Assembly (NCBI GenBank): GCA_000182565.2
Contig: KQ257454.1
Strand: one strand, 5' to 3'
Length of the DNA: 64,000 nucleotides
DNA from: Spizellomyces punctatus DAOM BR117
Taxonomy: Eukaryota
A program made the position numbers and the translations under genes. This document shows positions 48,400-62,829 of this stretch, piece by piece. Below the pieces are notes generated by a model. The model searched no databases, was not told where the DNA came from, and worked only from the letters and a program-made list of their open reading frames with translations. How positions within the stretch are numbered: position 1 is the stretch's first letter; each line of letters begins with the position of its first letter.

Positions 48400-49229
48400 C
48401 TATTTGAGTAACGATCGCGCCAACTGCTCTTGTGCCCTCTGCCACACCTGCGTCACAGTTTGTTCCGAAAGCGGAATGTCTGCTTCGCTTCCCTTTTTAG
48501 TTACCCGGGAGGCCACGTTATTTGGATCCGACTCCAGAATAATGCTGTTAACAAATAGAAGAACGATTTAGTGGTTGCGTAGTGTAAACTGAACATAAGA
48601 TGCGTACCCTCCGTCTACTGTTTCATCAAGCGCAAGAACAACTACGTCAAAGCTCTCTAAAATGGCTCTCTTTTCAACTTGGCCCCTGAGATGTGTAATA
48701 AACGCATTAATATCTATTCATCATCCTTGCTATGTACGATGTCATACTTCAATAAGATTGATAGCGACTCGTAAAAGGACGATAGTAGGTGACTCAAAAT
48801 TAACTCGTTCTCATCGGCAGATCCCAGAATGTAGATGAATACGTCGATAGAGTTCTTAAACACGATAATTTGGTTATCAAACATGATGATTTCGCCTGCA
48901 GAACAAACAGAATGGTTAAGGGCAGTTGAGATTACTAAATGCTTTTCATTCCACTGAGAGACATACTGGAGCTCTTCCTTGTCTTGTCAAATAGAGATTT
49001 CTCGAAGACTTTCTGTTCTTTCAGTGTTGGGTAGTCATTCGTGTAGTATTTTGAAAGCATCCGTTTGCCTTCACTATCAAGTATGATGACGCCCTTAGTC
49101 GTGTAGAGACTCTAGAGAAGCACATCCTCATTAGCATTTCCATGGCCATTTACAGGAGAAAGACAGATCCGGACATGAAAATGTCAGATTTGGAGGCTTC
49201 GACCTTACCGTTCCCTGTGCCTTTACCAT
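48400..49229 (-). CDS. RET3: Coatomer subunit zeta
   Basis: LYTTKGVIILDSEGKRMLSKYY, KEQKVFEKSLFDKT, GSADENELIL and VLALDETVDGGIILESDP. First exon uncertain. Confidence 0.93.
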
Positions 49230-49676
49230 CTTTTGAGATGACGTGAAGGTGTAACGAGATGAAATTGCTACCGTAACGAGTTATGCGCTCTAATCTTAGC
49301 GGCCAGTTAGCGCATGCCACGAATTCACTGCACAGCTCTAATTCGGGCAGGAGCGTACTTACGAAATGAGGTTTGGTCGACTCTTGCCGTCCTGGCGGCT
49401 CTGGCTTCATTGTTCACGTGACTAACGCGTCGTTGGGTCTGCGAGTCGCGAGCGCGTTCTGCACACCTTTTCCCAGCAGTCCTTGGGCTGGAATCATAGA
49501 TCACCTTCAAGATTCTAGAACTAGCACAGGTGGGCAAAGCTTTGAAAATGGTCACCTTTGGCGAAGGAACTCTGTAGCCTCATTGTGCTTGTGTGGTCGC
49601 ATAGGGTTGAGGCATACACCCCATTTCAAAGGCTTTCAGGTTACATCCTTCTTCGGCCAGGCTATTCCTTGCAGCT

Positions 49677-51456
49677 ATGTCGCTACGTAATTTCTTCGTT
49701 TTGCACAAGTCAGGAAGGACATACTTTGCAAAAAATTGTGGGTAGATAGTAGCTTTATAGCTATTCATCAGATGCGAACACAATATGCTCACACATTGAT
49801 CCCTGTAGTTCATGGAGATGCCCTTGATCAGAGGTAAGTGTGAACCTCTTGCTTGAGAGACGGAAAGGGAATACATTAAATGTTAACTTATTTCTCTCTC
49901 GCTAGCTTGGTGGTCGGCTTTTCTTCGTCTGTCTCGAATTTCGCCCGCACCCTACTTGGAGAGGACATCCGCGAGGTTATTTCACTAAAAGGAAGGATAC
50001 TATACAAAGAATTTGGCGACGTATGTTTGTAACTCCACTTGCTGAATGAGTGGGAAAGTAACTAATATAACTGGCTTTACGCAGTTCGTATTCGTAGCGC
50101 ATAGTGACTTGCAGACAGGCAGCACCATAATTCAATCCATTCTACGGGATGTTGGCGCCATGTGCGAGGTATGTGACCTAAACCATAAGGCGGTTAGCAT
50201 GGTTGAAATAACTGATAGATTTCAGACTGTTCATCTTTCTGTTGATATAGTTTCTTTTTGGCTCACATGAGTATTGGGACGAAGACTTCTTTGACTTGAA
50301 AGGAGCACAAGTATGTTCGCCCTTGCAAATGGATGAAATGTGGACATTCGTTTCTGATTTTGATATGACAGGACATTATATCGACCTACTTCTCGAAGGT
50401 CGCGCAAGACCCAAGCACTGTTGTCAATGGTGTCAACCAGGTGAGTCCACTGTGCTCACAAATATCAATGCCAGCTGGCATTGGCTCACTATCATAATTC
50501 GTAGATCTTTCTTGAATTAGAGATATGCGAGCGGCTCGATAAGCTTCTAACATTCCTGGAAAGCCAGGAAGGAGTATGCGGAAACGGCACTATGTTGATA
50601 CTCGGTGATTCTGTCCTGTATTCACGATTTGGCCTTCATGAGACCAGAATGGTCGGTGTGCAATCAATTATCCAGTCTTTTACTGTTATCATTTGTCATT
50701 GACGCGCATTTCAAGATACTCCAATACCACAAAGCCCGTCCTCTGGGCTTCAACTCCGTTCGCTTTACCCCTGTTTATTGTCACGGCGCTTGGCAAAACT
50801 TATACCTCATTCGGCTCCAAAGTTATGTGCTCGTTGTTATGGCGTATATAGACAAACCTTTCGCACCGCTTCAAAGCAAGATTGAAGAATTCCGCATATC
50901 TTTTATTCAGTCCCGACTCGAAATCCCAACTGAGGTATATTATCAAAACCATTGATTGACGGCATACCCGTACTAAACATCCTATTAGGAGCCACCAGTA
51001 CTTCTTCGCCTGTTTGCAAAGCGAGAGACACTAGCAATGTTGTACCATAATATCAAAACCGGATGTACCATTTTCCCACAACTTCGACCTGGCCCGGACG
51101 TGCAGCAGAGGGAGATTCTGTCGTCTTTCTGGGCGTTTTTTTCTGATGCAAGGTATCTTTCTACTTCCTGTTTTGATCTCATCGGACATTTTGACAGATC
51201 GCTTTTCCAGTGCGAGCCTGCGTGTACCTGGCGTCACAGAGTTTTCTATCACCCGGGACCAGTACCGTTTTTATGCAAGGTTAGTTGCATCGTCTGACCG
51301 CTGTCCACTGAGTGTTGCTGAACATGTTCTCATAGATCGGAAGGAGTTCATAAACTTTACATTCTTATGGCAACGGACTCGGTATCCTCCGAAGCTATCC
51401 CTTCCATAGCCTCCGATGTGTTACGAAATCTACGAACATTTACCCCCGAAAGATGA
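49677..51456 (+). CDS. Divergent tri-longin domain protein (Fuzzy/Mon1/HPS1 superfamily)
   Basis: Spliced N-terminus MSLRNFFVLHKSGRTYFAKNFHGDALDQSLVVGFSSSVSNFARTLLGEDIREV..ILYKEFGDFVFVAHSD fits a longin fold. Two further beta/alpha units follow (VRFTPVYC..LYLIRLQSYVLVVM; YRFYA..HKLYILM). Confidence 0.6.
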
Positions 51457-51588
51457 AATACGGGATGTAACGTCAGTCTAGTATTCTTCACTGTACCATA
51501 CGAATTGAAGATGTGAGTTATCAATGGAAATACGTGTCCAGGCGAAGTAATCATGAAAAGCATCACAAAATGCTGGGATATCTTCATT

Positions 51589-52227
51589 CTATTCGTCCAC
51601 TTGCATTCCCGTTATGCTACTTATACTATCTGCTACGTGCGCTCCTTCTGTTGGCGCCCCTTTAACGGGATCCGTTGTTGAAACAGGCCGTCGAACTACG
51701 ACGACTTTTATGCGACCGAGCCCATTATAATCACCCTCCCATGATCTCAAGATCGTCACATTCTTCGCATCAGTTAGCACCGGTATTTCTACAAAACAAG
51801 TCATAAATTCCTCTTTCAAAATGACCAGTTATAATTTCATTGATCACCTACCAATACCATTGATGTACTCTTGTTCGTCCTTCGATTTTAGATTCTCAAG
51901 CAAGTCCAACCGGGACGGTCTTGGTCGCCCTTGCCTCAGTTTGCCCCTAATCTCCGCAATCTCTTCCTCGTTTCGCGCAATGTACTGCTCTATTATGTCG
52001 TGCACCAATTCATTCGTGGCTATGCTTATGTCCTCTGGAAGTGCATATTTGAACCACAGCATTCGCTCAACTGTTCTCGTTTTCTTTTCGTCACTAGCCG
52101 ACTTTTGCTTAACGAGTTTATCTTGCCGATTTATGGCTCGTCGCATTTGGACTGCTTTCCGTGAGTACGGGTGAGCCTTATCAGAGGCCTTTATTTTTGA
52201 AAGCTTGAGTTTCTTATTGTTGGGCAT
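51589..52227 (-). CDS. TMA16: Translation machinery-associated protein 16
   Basis: HPYSRKAVQMRRA, LRQGRPRPSRLDLL and EIPVLTDAKNVTILRSWEGD. Confidence 0.9.
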
Positions 52228-52437
52228 GACGATGTTTAGAGGTTGGAAATGCTAATTGGTTTTGGTGCAAACTTCAAACAAGTCCAAAAATAAACAAATG
52301 CGTGTGTAGCTGTGCCATGCTGTGCCTCTCCAGATTGCATGTGACATTTTTTTCCATTCTGCATATTCTCACCTGCCACCACCGCGGACGACCTTTCCTT
52401 CTTTCCGGTCCGATTCCCAGTAGATACATTTTCAAAC

Positions 52438-53372
<935 letters not shown>

Positions 53373-53605
53373 ACTCTGCATTTGCTTGTACATCGTTCAA
53401 TATATGTGATCCATGCGCGACCCTACAGCTTTTGAAACAGGTCAAAGTGCAAGATACAGTTTAATTTCTTAGGCCACAACCCTCAAGGACACCAATGTGC
53501 ACTTACTGTAAGCTGCGCCACATCTGATTACCCAATCAGCGCGGTTATGACCTCTCGGACCTCAACAGTTTAGATGATGCTCAATTGTAGAAGCACTTTG
53601 TAAAT

Positions 53606-56600
53606 ATGGCGTTGGCCCAGCACTCTCCACGCCGTCACCGTTCTCCCTATTCGTCGTCATCTCCTATGTATACAATACCACACTTTGGAAGAGCCTCGGA
53701 TGTTATAGCCGAAGCTCGAGCGTCACTGAAACATCCTACAAGACCTTTTACACCTGCACCAAATAAGAGAGATAGAGAAAAAGGATTGATCTGGAATGAG
53801 GGAAACAATATAGATGAGGCAGATTATCGTAGATTTATAGCAGGCAGAAGGTTAAGCACAATCCTCTGAGACTGAAGCGATTTGGCTGTTTTGTGTTAAC
53901 AAATATCCACAAGCCAGAACCGTCCCGATCGCTCATCAATCTCCTCATCGGCCTCTTGCCTCCCCTCTTCCGCGACGTCTCGAGCCTATTTGCTCAGCCG
54001 ATCGTTTGCATGCGGCAACGGCAACTGAATCTCAAGATGACGCCGACGACGAAGCGGGTTATTATCCCTCCAATAAGCTTAGTGTCGATCATGCGAGTGA
54101 GAGCATCCAGGTAGATGAGAATCATACAGTGACTTACGTTCTTGTGCCCTAATTCTGCGGCTTAACGAACAATGTATCTTTACAGTATTTTCCGACTCCG
54201 GCCATGACACCAATACCACCAATGGACTCTCCAAGTTCCTCGCGCCCAGAAACTGCTTCACCCCCACGGTCCAAGATCGATGAAGACCAGCATTGGACAT
54301 GTATTATCGATAAGCTGCGCGCTCTTACATCACAAGGATCAAGCAACCTCCTGGAGCGGTTTTTGGAAGTTTGCAGCGCAATGAGTGCTGCTCATTGGCT
54401 GCGACATGGGCAAGACAAGACACAGGAACGACGACAGAGAGAATATGTGATGAGAGAGATCATAAAATGGATGGATACTGCCGGTGAGCCGGAGGTGGCG
54501 ATAGCCGGATGCAAGATCGTTCTAAATGTCGGTATGGTGCACTCACGATACAATCGAGTGCTCCCACCAAATTGACGACTGTTTACCTTTCTCGGATATT
54601 TTTTTGATCGCAAAAGATCACACGACATGATCGAGTTTTGGCCAACGCTTGCAAGCTTCTTTTCAAGCTCAGTAAAACGGAAAGAAACGATGCATTTTTT
54701 GCCGACTATCAAGTGTCTGGTAGGTCAATCTCATGCTCTGAATTGACGTATGTTTAGTACGAGTGCTGATTGCATTATACAGACGGCCTGGTCGATTTCA
54801 TCTCTCGATACTTGTCTGGCCTCCGGCCGCCTAAAACCCTATTTGGTCCTCGATGTGCGCTCCTCACGTATGCAATAGCAACTCTGAGAAATATCTCGCA
54901 CGGGGACCAGAATGGAAAGGCTGTTGTAACGGCCGGGGGAGTGAGAGCTCTTGGGCGGGCTATGAAGATGATAACGGTATGCTCGAGGAATCTTGGCGGC
55001 TGTGAAAGTTAGTTCTAAGTATGCATGCCAACAGGAGCTGGACCTTCGACATCGGCCTGATGATCAGTTTATGCAAGCTATCCATCTTCTCATTCAAGTA
55101 TGTTACGTTGCTGGCACTTTTCAGTCAGCCTAAAAGCTATCTCATGCCCACACGCTCACCAGACTACAGCGGCTCTACGAAATCTTATATCGTCTCAAGA
55201 GCACTATATATGCTTTCTTCAAATTGTCAGCAAAGGAGACTCGCAAACAGTAGTGGAAATATTGGTGCGGCTACTCCATCCGGACGTAGGATTACATGAT
55301 TCCCCAGAGATCATGTTGAGCGTATGCCGGATTTTGAGGTTCGCATTGTATTTGCTCCATGACCAATTTCTTAGACAGATATTAAGTAGTGCTCGATTTT
55401 AGTAAACTGTCGCTAAACCCCGACTTTCTTCCCTACCTCGGCGGTTCACAAAACATTGACGCATTCCTGCACCTTCTTGTAAAGTATCAAGCTGACAAGG
55501 TAACATGACACCCAGTGTCACGAATACCAACGCCAACTGCATCTAATGCATCATAGCACAACCTACAGCCGCTCTTGGTTCGTATCTGCTTCATCCTGGG
55601 AAATCTGACCACAACCCTGTCCACCGACCATGCGCATTTGAGAAGCGGTATATCGGATTTGGTTGCCTTGTTGGGAATGTATATTTCTGTTGAGGTTGGA
55701 ACCGACAGCGAGGAAGAGGAAGAATATGGAGCATATCAGGGAAAGGAGACGGAAGAGGTGTTGATAAAGGTAATTATGAAATTCAGCTCGTTTTCCGATA
55801 TCTGAATAATCCAGTTGATTATTATCACATCGTTCATAGCTCATCCGACTCCTTGCCAACATCGCCATCGATCCCGTTGGTGGGCAAAGGATCGTGGAAA
55901 TGATCGAGATTGAGGCTCTGGTGGACTTACTGGGTACCTTTAAATGCACACCCATCACCGTTTCCGAAAACTGACTTCTTTTTGTTGAAATTCCTAAGGT
56001 CATAAACCTGTGACCGACCACGAAGAGCTGGTGCTTAATATTGTTGGAGCCCTCGCGAACTTTTCATTTTACCAAGAAGTGAATAACTACGTTATTTCAC
56101 GAAAGGTGGAAATAGCAAAATGTACGATTTTCATATTTGAGGTTACATGTACTTGGTTTCAACACATTTTTCCGCATATAGATATGATTAACCTTCTCTT
56201 GCACAATAACCCGGAGGCGGTGGTGGAGGCGTTGAGGATATTGGCGAATCTGTCGCACTACTCTGATGTGCGATCAGTGATGGCGAAACAACGAGGTAGG
56301 AAGTCTCCAGTACAATTTAGTGGACCGCAAGCAGCAGCTGGATCTCGTCGCTAAACACAATCAATATAGGCACGGAAATTTTGACGATCTTGCTCGATCA
56401 TGCTAATCGAAGTGTTCTATATCAAACCTGCGGCGTCTTGATCAATGTGGTCTCCCCATCAACGACTCCTGGAGGTGGATCATGCATCCACCGTTCCATC
56501 ATTACGCAAAACGATGGAGTCGAAAAGTAGGAATTTTGCCCCAAGTTCTCACTGAGATTTATTCTTCTGATATCCTCAACTTTTTCAGATTGGTTGAGTG

Positions 56601-56700
56601 CATGGAAGATGCCCTGGCGAAGGATGACTACGACCTAGCCGCAGTTGCAGAGAAGGCATTGCATAATATTGAAATGTGCTCTGCCTGGTCACAGGCCTAA
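53606..56700 (+). CDS. ARMC2: Armadillo repeat-containing protein 2 (radial-spoke transport adapter)
   Basis: ASDVIAEARASLKHPTRPFTP, LLVRICFILGNLT, EEVLIKLIRLLANIAI, EELVLNIVGALANFSFY and VEALRILANLS. Confidence 0.85.
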
Positions 56701-57162
56701 CCAGTATAACAGATCCTGGCTTCGTTTATAAAACAATTTATTATCCGCCCATACCTTTCACAAAACATATCATACCATACCAGATCGACGTAGTATCTAA
56801 GTATGATGGATCTTTTGTCAGCGTGACCTACACACTAGAACAAATACGAGGGTTGTCACTCATGATAAAACTTTCCAACATCATCGAACACGGCTAGCGG
56901 TTTCGGACTCCTGATGCTGCCACAAATGTTGTGAGTATCCTTGATTTGCCATGGCCGTCCAACACGCTATACTGTAATTTACATTCCAGGAAACTCAGAA
57001 TGGCGATGATCGGCATGAGGAGCGTCTTCTTCATGAGTGCGGTCCAGCGCTACTGTACATTAATGTAATTACAATCGTTCACCTGCTGATATAAGATCAT
57101 GCAAATATTCAAAGTCTTTAGCCACTGCGTTGTACAAACGAAAAGAACACAAATGGTCATAC

Positions 57163-58165
57163 CTAAACATCTGCTTTCATTCGCTTAGCTTCAGACGTAA
57201 CCTCCGACGCACTTCGCTTTCCCAGACCGGTGGGAGTTGGATGAGCTGGAGCCGCCGAAGGATATGCATAAACATCTGGATACGCTGAGTAATATCCAGT
57301 GTCAGAATACCACTGTTGGCCATATCCATAAGCATCATAACCCTCTCCGTAATATTCCGTTCCATACGATGCTTCCTGAGGATAAGTATGGTATGATGCA
57401 GCATATTCGGCTGCCGTGTAGCCATAATGCTGTTGCGAATCCATGGGGGCATTGAATGTTTGCCTAGTTGATGTAGAAATTGCACTGCTCGGTGGAGCAA
57501 AAGATGCAACTGCAGGTCCCTGATTCTAGTACCGTATAACACAACAGTATTACATGAGCAAACGAATGCCTTCCTATGCGACCCACCAAATCTTACCGGT
57601 GCCTTTGGTCCAATTGCATTCGCTTTTGCCGCTGCCTCCTCTGCTTCCTTCTGGAGTTCGGCTAGTTGGTCGTCCCAATTGAATGTCTGTCCCATTTTTT
57701 GCGTAACAGTTCCGATACTCGCCGTGTGACCATCCCAGATAACTTTTCGACGTTCCGAATCCTTCTGTTGCTGCTCTTTTATTGTCTTTTCAATATTAAA
57801 CTCGTCACCAACAAATATATCCGGCCGAGTGCGTGCGAGTAGCTTTAAATTGGTTGATACAGTAGCATTATCAAGATTGGAATCCTTGTGCTTGTCACGA
57901 GCCTTGGCCCTTTGCTCCTTCCACTTTGGATCTAAAAGCTCGATTCGCACATGCTCTGCCATCTCTGAGGCAGGAACTGGCTGATTACACCGAGGACAGA
58001 TTTGCGAAACTTGCTTCACCTTCAAACCTCTAGCTGCAGACAAAAGAGTGTAAGTTCAACCCGTCAGCACGCTCTACCCGTGTGAATATTCGGAAGCCTA
58101 CCTTTTGGGACATAGTTTGTCCTGATCTTCATGCCAGGAAGCGGTTTGGGAATGGGTTGAGTCAT
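57163..58165 (-). CDS. SF3A1/Prp21-like protein, C-terminal half only (no SURP or UBL domains)
   Basis: MKIRTNYVPK, CPRCNQPVPASEMAEHVRIELLDPKWKEQR, NLKLLARTRPDIF, KVIWDGHTAS and IGP. GCCGCCATG start context. Confidence 0.85.
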
Positions 58166-58473
58166 GGCGGCGGTTAATCGGGAACGGTAGATTCCCCACA
58201 GAAAACGACGGATCCGAGACCCGCAGCGCAAGCTTGGGCAGGGATTGATTGAAGGTGGAAGCGCCAAGAATAGCATCTATTGAGTCACTGTGCCACTATA
58301 ATGATGCCAAGTAAAGACACAGCCTTGCAATCGTGATGATGCAATCGGAAATGCGCGTGGGTAAGCAAATGGCCGATTGTTTGCTCACCTGGGGCCATTT
58401 CTTCCATTTTATTTACAAGTACTTGCTTTTCAACTTCTCCTCACCATCAACACTACAAACAGTATTCGACGCT

Positions 58474-59737
58474 ATGGGCAGAATTAAGAACCTCAACCCT
58501 CACGTTCCAAATGTTGCCAAAGTCGGTCGGGCAACCATCCACTCTCCCCTTCCAGACAACCTGGCTGCCGACCTGGCAAAGGCAACGTCCATTTTGGAGC
58601 ATTTTATCAAAGGAACCAACCAAATGGATGCTGCACTAATTCCACCAAAGATTATTGCGAATGCTAAAGGGTAAGGTATCCTGTTGAAAGGGTAAGGTGG
58701 CTATTGTTTATGGGGGTCAACAATGAGATAGAGCGAGAACATACACTCACTTTTTCGTTCTTTCTGCGGCTATCCAGTATTGCAGTCATTACGATCTTGA
58801 AAGCGGGTTTCCTATGGTCGGGCCGGGCGGGATCAGGCATTGTCGTTGCAAAGCTTCCTGACGGACGGTGGTCTGCTCCGTCAGCCATCGCTGCAGCGGG
58901 AGCAGGTTTCGGAGCCCAAATCGGTGCGCAATTGACGGATTGTGTGTTTATCCTCAACAATGATGCTGCAGTCAAAGCATTCTGTCATGGTGGAAATTTG
59001 ACTCTTGGCGGCAACATGTCAGTTGCTGCAGGCCCCAAGGGCCGTGCTGCAGAAGCGGCTGGTGGTGAGTGCGTTAATGTAGATGCATTTCAAAGGACAA
59101 GCTAACTCATCCGCGATTTGAAAATTGTTTCACAGCGGTCGTTAATTTTGCCCCCATTTACTCCTACTCGAAAACGAAAGGTCTTTTTGCGGGCGTGTCC
59201 CTAGAAGGATCCGTCATACTCACCCGCAACGACGCAAACAAGGAACTTTATGGCCGAAAGGTTTCTCCAAAAGAGCTCTTGAGCGGTGAAGTTACACCGC
59301 CAGTCCAAGCTGAGGGTCTCTACAGAGTCCTAAACTTCAAATTCGGCAGTATGGGCACAGGCGTACCTGTTCCCCATCCAGTCGCACAACGCACATCCAC
59401 GAGGACAGCAGCAAGTGCTCCGGCAAGCAGGGGTGGTAGCGTAAACCGCGTAGGAACGATATCGAATTCGACAGGAGACATACCGAAATCAGCAGTAGTA
59501 GCGGATAGTGGAACCATATCAAAGCGTGCCCCTCCACCACCCCCGCCAGCCGCTGTAAAATCTGCCACCACAAAAGCGACAGCTTTGTATGACTTTATCG
59601 GGGAAAGACCTTCTGACCTATCCTTCAAGAAAGGAGATCTTATTACCATTATAAAGGCCGGAGGGCCGAATGATTGGTGGGTTGGGAGTCTTAATGGGAA
59701 GGAAGGTGATTTTCCAGGGAATTATGTGCAGGCTTGA
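58474..59737 (+). CDS. YSC84: Ysc84/Lsb3 (SH3YL1) SYLF-domain plus SH3 actin-binding protein
   Basis: IPPKIIANAKG, KAGFLWSGRAGSGIVVAKLPDGRWSAPSA, YSKTKGLFAGVSLEGS and a C-terminal SH3 domain. Confidence 0.95.
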
Positions 59738-60195
59738 TTGCGTCAGTATTTGCGTAGTGATTGACATAGCTGGTGGAGTTTTGAGCGTTGGACAACACGA
59801 GCGAGTAGCATTCTAGTACACAGATTTGTCACGTTTCATATAAGAACCATTCTTGTCCTCAATTTGTGTCCCTGTACTTACCTGACCACCGTAGAAGGGC
59901 TTCAACTTGGATATTGTTTGCACAGTTAGACAACATACATGGGCATTGTGCTCGCAAGCGACTTTAACAAGCCCTCCAAGCACTCCACACAGATCCATGT
60001 AATGGATCTCCCCTTATCAGGTGGGCTTCAATAGCAGAAGAAATTTGACAAAGGTTCCCTCTTGGTACGTCACAGGAGACTTACCGTACACATACGAACT
60101 TACGACCGGTACAGAATGTTAAAGAAATGCCATCAAATCTCAATTTCATTATGAACGTTATGCATATACACTAGGAAACACAAATGGAAAATATC

Positions 60196-62037
60196 TCACA
60201 GCAGACCTTGCCTCTTGAGATCTGCAAACACAAATCAAATTATGAGCTCACTCTCCATAAATAGAGCAGAAAGGAGCAGAGACCACATACCGTCATATGT
60301 CTTCTTATTAAACACATTCCCATCCGCGTCCTCGAACTCTTCCATAAGGTCAGCCCGAAATTGCTCCGTTTTCGAACCTTGTTTCAGGCGCTCCCAAACT
60401 ATAATGAAATGATATGCATGTTAACAGAGGTATGTTCAGGTAAGACTGATATAGCGCGAGACTTACGTGCATACGCATCTTCGATTAATGTGATCTCGTG
60501 GAAATGTCTCGTGTTGGGTATACCCAAACACCGCATCCCGTGTGCATGTCGCCATTCTTGGAAATGTCGATCAAATGCTTTCCGACCCATATATACGAAA
60601 TTTCCGCAAATCTCGCAGGGGTATTCCACACCGAGACCGTGCAACTTGTACAACCAGTAAGGAATGGGCTTGCCATCCCATCCAAGTGGTAGCTTTAGGG
60701 GGTTATAGATCTTCTCTTCTTCTTCTTCCTCCTCCTCGCTAAGTTCGATTTCCTCCACAGCATCTGCCACCTAGATGAAATAGATTATTTACTTACGATA
60801 TCTGAACGAAGTTGTCGTATGAACTACCCACCAGTTCTTCCGTTGTTAGGGTTTGCTTCCTCTCCACATGCGCTTTTGTCTCGTCTCTTTGTGCTGAAAG
60901 TATTGAAACATATTCCTTGACCAGCTGCTCGGCCATCGCAATCGGCTTCATCTTGTCTCGCTCCTCCTTTTCCTTTGCCAATCGAGCCTTTTTCTTTTCC
61001 TCAGGACTGATTTCTGTCACACCCTTTTCCAACAGCGCTGACGCGGCCTTTTTGTGCTTCTTTCCAGTGAGGTGGGCAGTGTAAACACTCTTTTTTGAGA
61101 ATTGTTTGTTACCTACGCAAGAGCACAACTAAGCCAAATGTCTTGTAGATTACTTTGATCATGAATCTGAACTTACAGGCCGGACAGAAGAGTTCTGCGT
61201 TCTGATCGATTTCCATTGCACCATCCTGCCTCCAGCCCACCACGGTTCCTGCCTCCCAACTTGGTTCAAACGTTGCCATCACCCCTTGACGAGTCTCACG
61301 GAGATCAAACAAGGGTTGCGACCGTTCGAAGAAACTCTCCAGATAGGTTTGCAAGGTTTGTAGGTATCTGCGGGGCCACAAAGCTTTTAGTCCGCTTCGT
61401 TGTAAAACAGCTATAGTAACGACAGAATACTGACGTTGCATATGCTGGTGATGACTTTATCTCTCGCGGGATGCTCTCAAACTTTTGGAATTGATCCAAG
61501 TACTTTAGGTAGTTCACTTTGTTCACCTTCTCCAAGTTGACATACTGATCGAAAGCTTCATGCATATCGAGATATTTGCCTAGAGCTTCCTCTCCTGAAA
61601 ACATCTTCTCAAGCTCTAAAGAGGAAAGAATTAAGGGCATTGTCAAGCTTAGCACTCGAGAGGAAAATGAGCCCACCTTCCTCTTCCTTCTCCAAGTCTC
61701 TTTCTTGAAACTCCAGCTCCATAGGCTCTACTGCCGCATGAGGATACCGTCTATGGTAATCCTTGATATCTCTCAATCTCGCATAGAACTCTCCAAAATC
61801 TGACGCCCCAGTTATCGCATCAATTTCAGCCTTTCGTGACCCATCAACATCCTGATACAGGTCCAGAAGGTATTGGCTTCGTTGCTGAACACGTTCTACA
61901 AACGTTTTCACCCGGTGTTCCTGGACTAGTTTCTCTTTGTGGGCTTTGGGTTTCGTAAGGAGTTCCTGGACGGTAGCTTCTTCAACTCTCTCTATTTCTT
62001 CGTGCGCCTTTCGTTGAAGTTCTAGTATTGAATTCAT
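60196..62037 (-). CDS. SF3A3: Splicing factor 3A subunit 3 (Prp9)
   Basis: [72 protein letters not shown] and DLKRQGLL*. Confidence 0.98.
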
Positions 62038-62278
62038 ATTCAGTGGCAGAGGGAAGCGATGGGAGGGTGGTTTGTGCGAGGCGGATGTCAACGGTGGAGA
62101 GCTCTTTAATGAGATGAAGCTTCGATCGCAGATCGCAGATCAACCAGCCTTGCAAGAGCACTTGGTCTGCGCAGCGATTGGTTGCCATAGCAGCAGCTGC
62201 ATCCCAATTCAACTGTTCACATCGCAAATTGCTCCATTGCTCCTATTTGACTAGCTACCCAAGAAACATACCTTCAAA

Positions 62279-62692
62279 ATGAGCATGGGTTCGAGGTAGA
62301 TATCGTTTGTTAGCTCGTCGCTTTTTCCTATCTCACACAAGAACTTCTCATTTATCAGCTGGCAACGCTTTTCCCGGCCGGACCCACCGGAACGCGGGGC
62401 ATTCCCGCTGGACCTCAACGGCGAATGCAAAGACCTAGTAAAAGTTTACTTGAGCTGCGTGAAACAAGCAAAAGGAGATAATACGAAATGCAAACCCCTA
62501 GCTAAAGACTATTTGAAATGCCGAATGGACCAGTTGAGTGATTTGAATATGCTCTTGTTACTCCAGTGTACATATATCTCAACGAGATATGTCATATCTA
62601 GCGGTTTAATGACAAAAGACGAGTTCACAAATCTAGGATTTCATGATGAACTTGCAGCACAGAAGAAAATACCTAGCGAATCAACGTCGTAG
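62279..62692 (+). CDS. COX19: Cytochrome c oxidase assembly factor Cox19 (twin CX9C)
   Basis: PPERGAFPLDLNGECKDLVKVYLSC..KCKPLAKDYLKCRMD..LM...FTNLGF. Confidence 0.94.
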
Positions 62693-62829
62693 TCACCTAA
62701 TCCCCGTGTACATAAACCCTTGTAGATAGAGCAATTGTATGTAAACTAATTCACTACTTGATCTTGACTCGAGATATCGAATATACAGTCTATTATGAAG
62801 CAACGTGAAGTATCTACATTATCTCAAGC

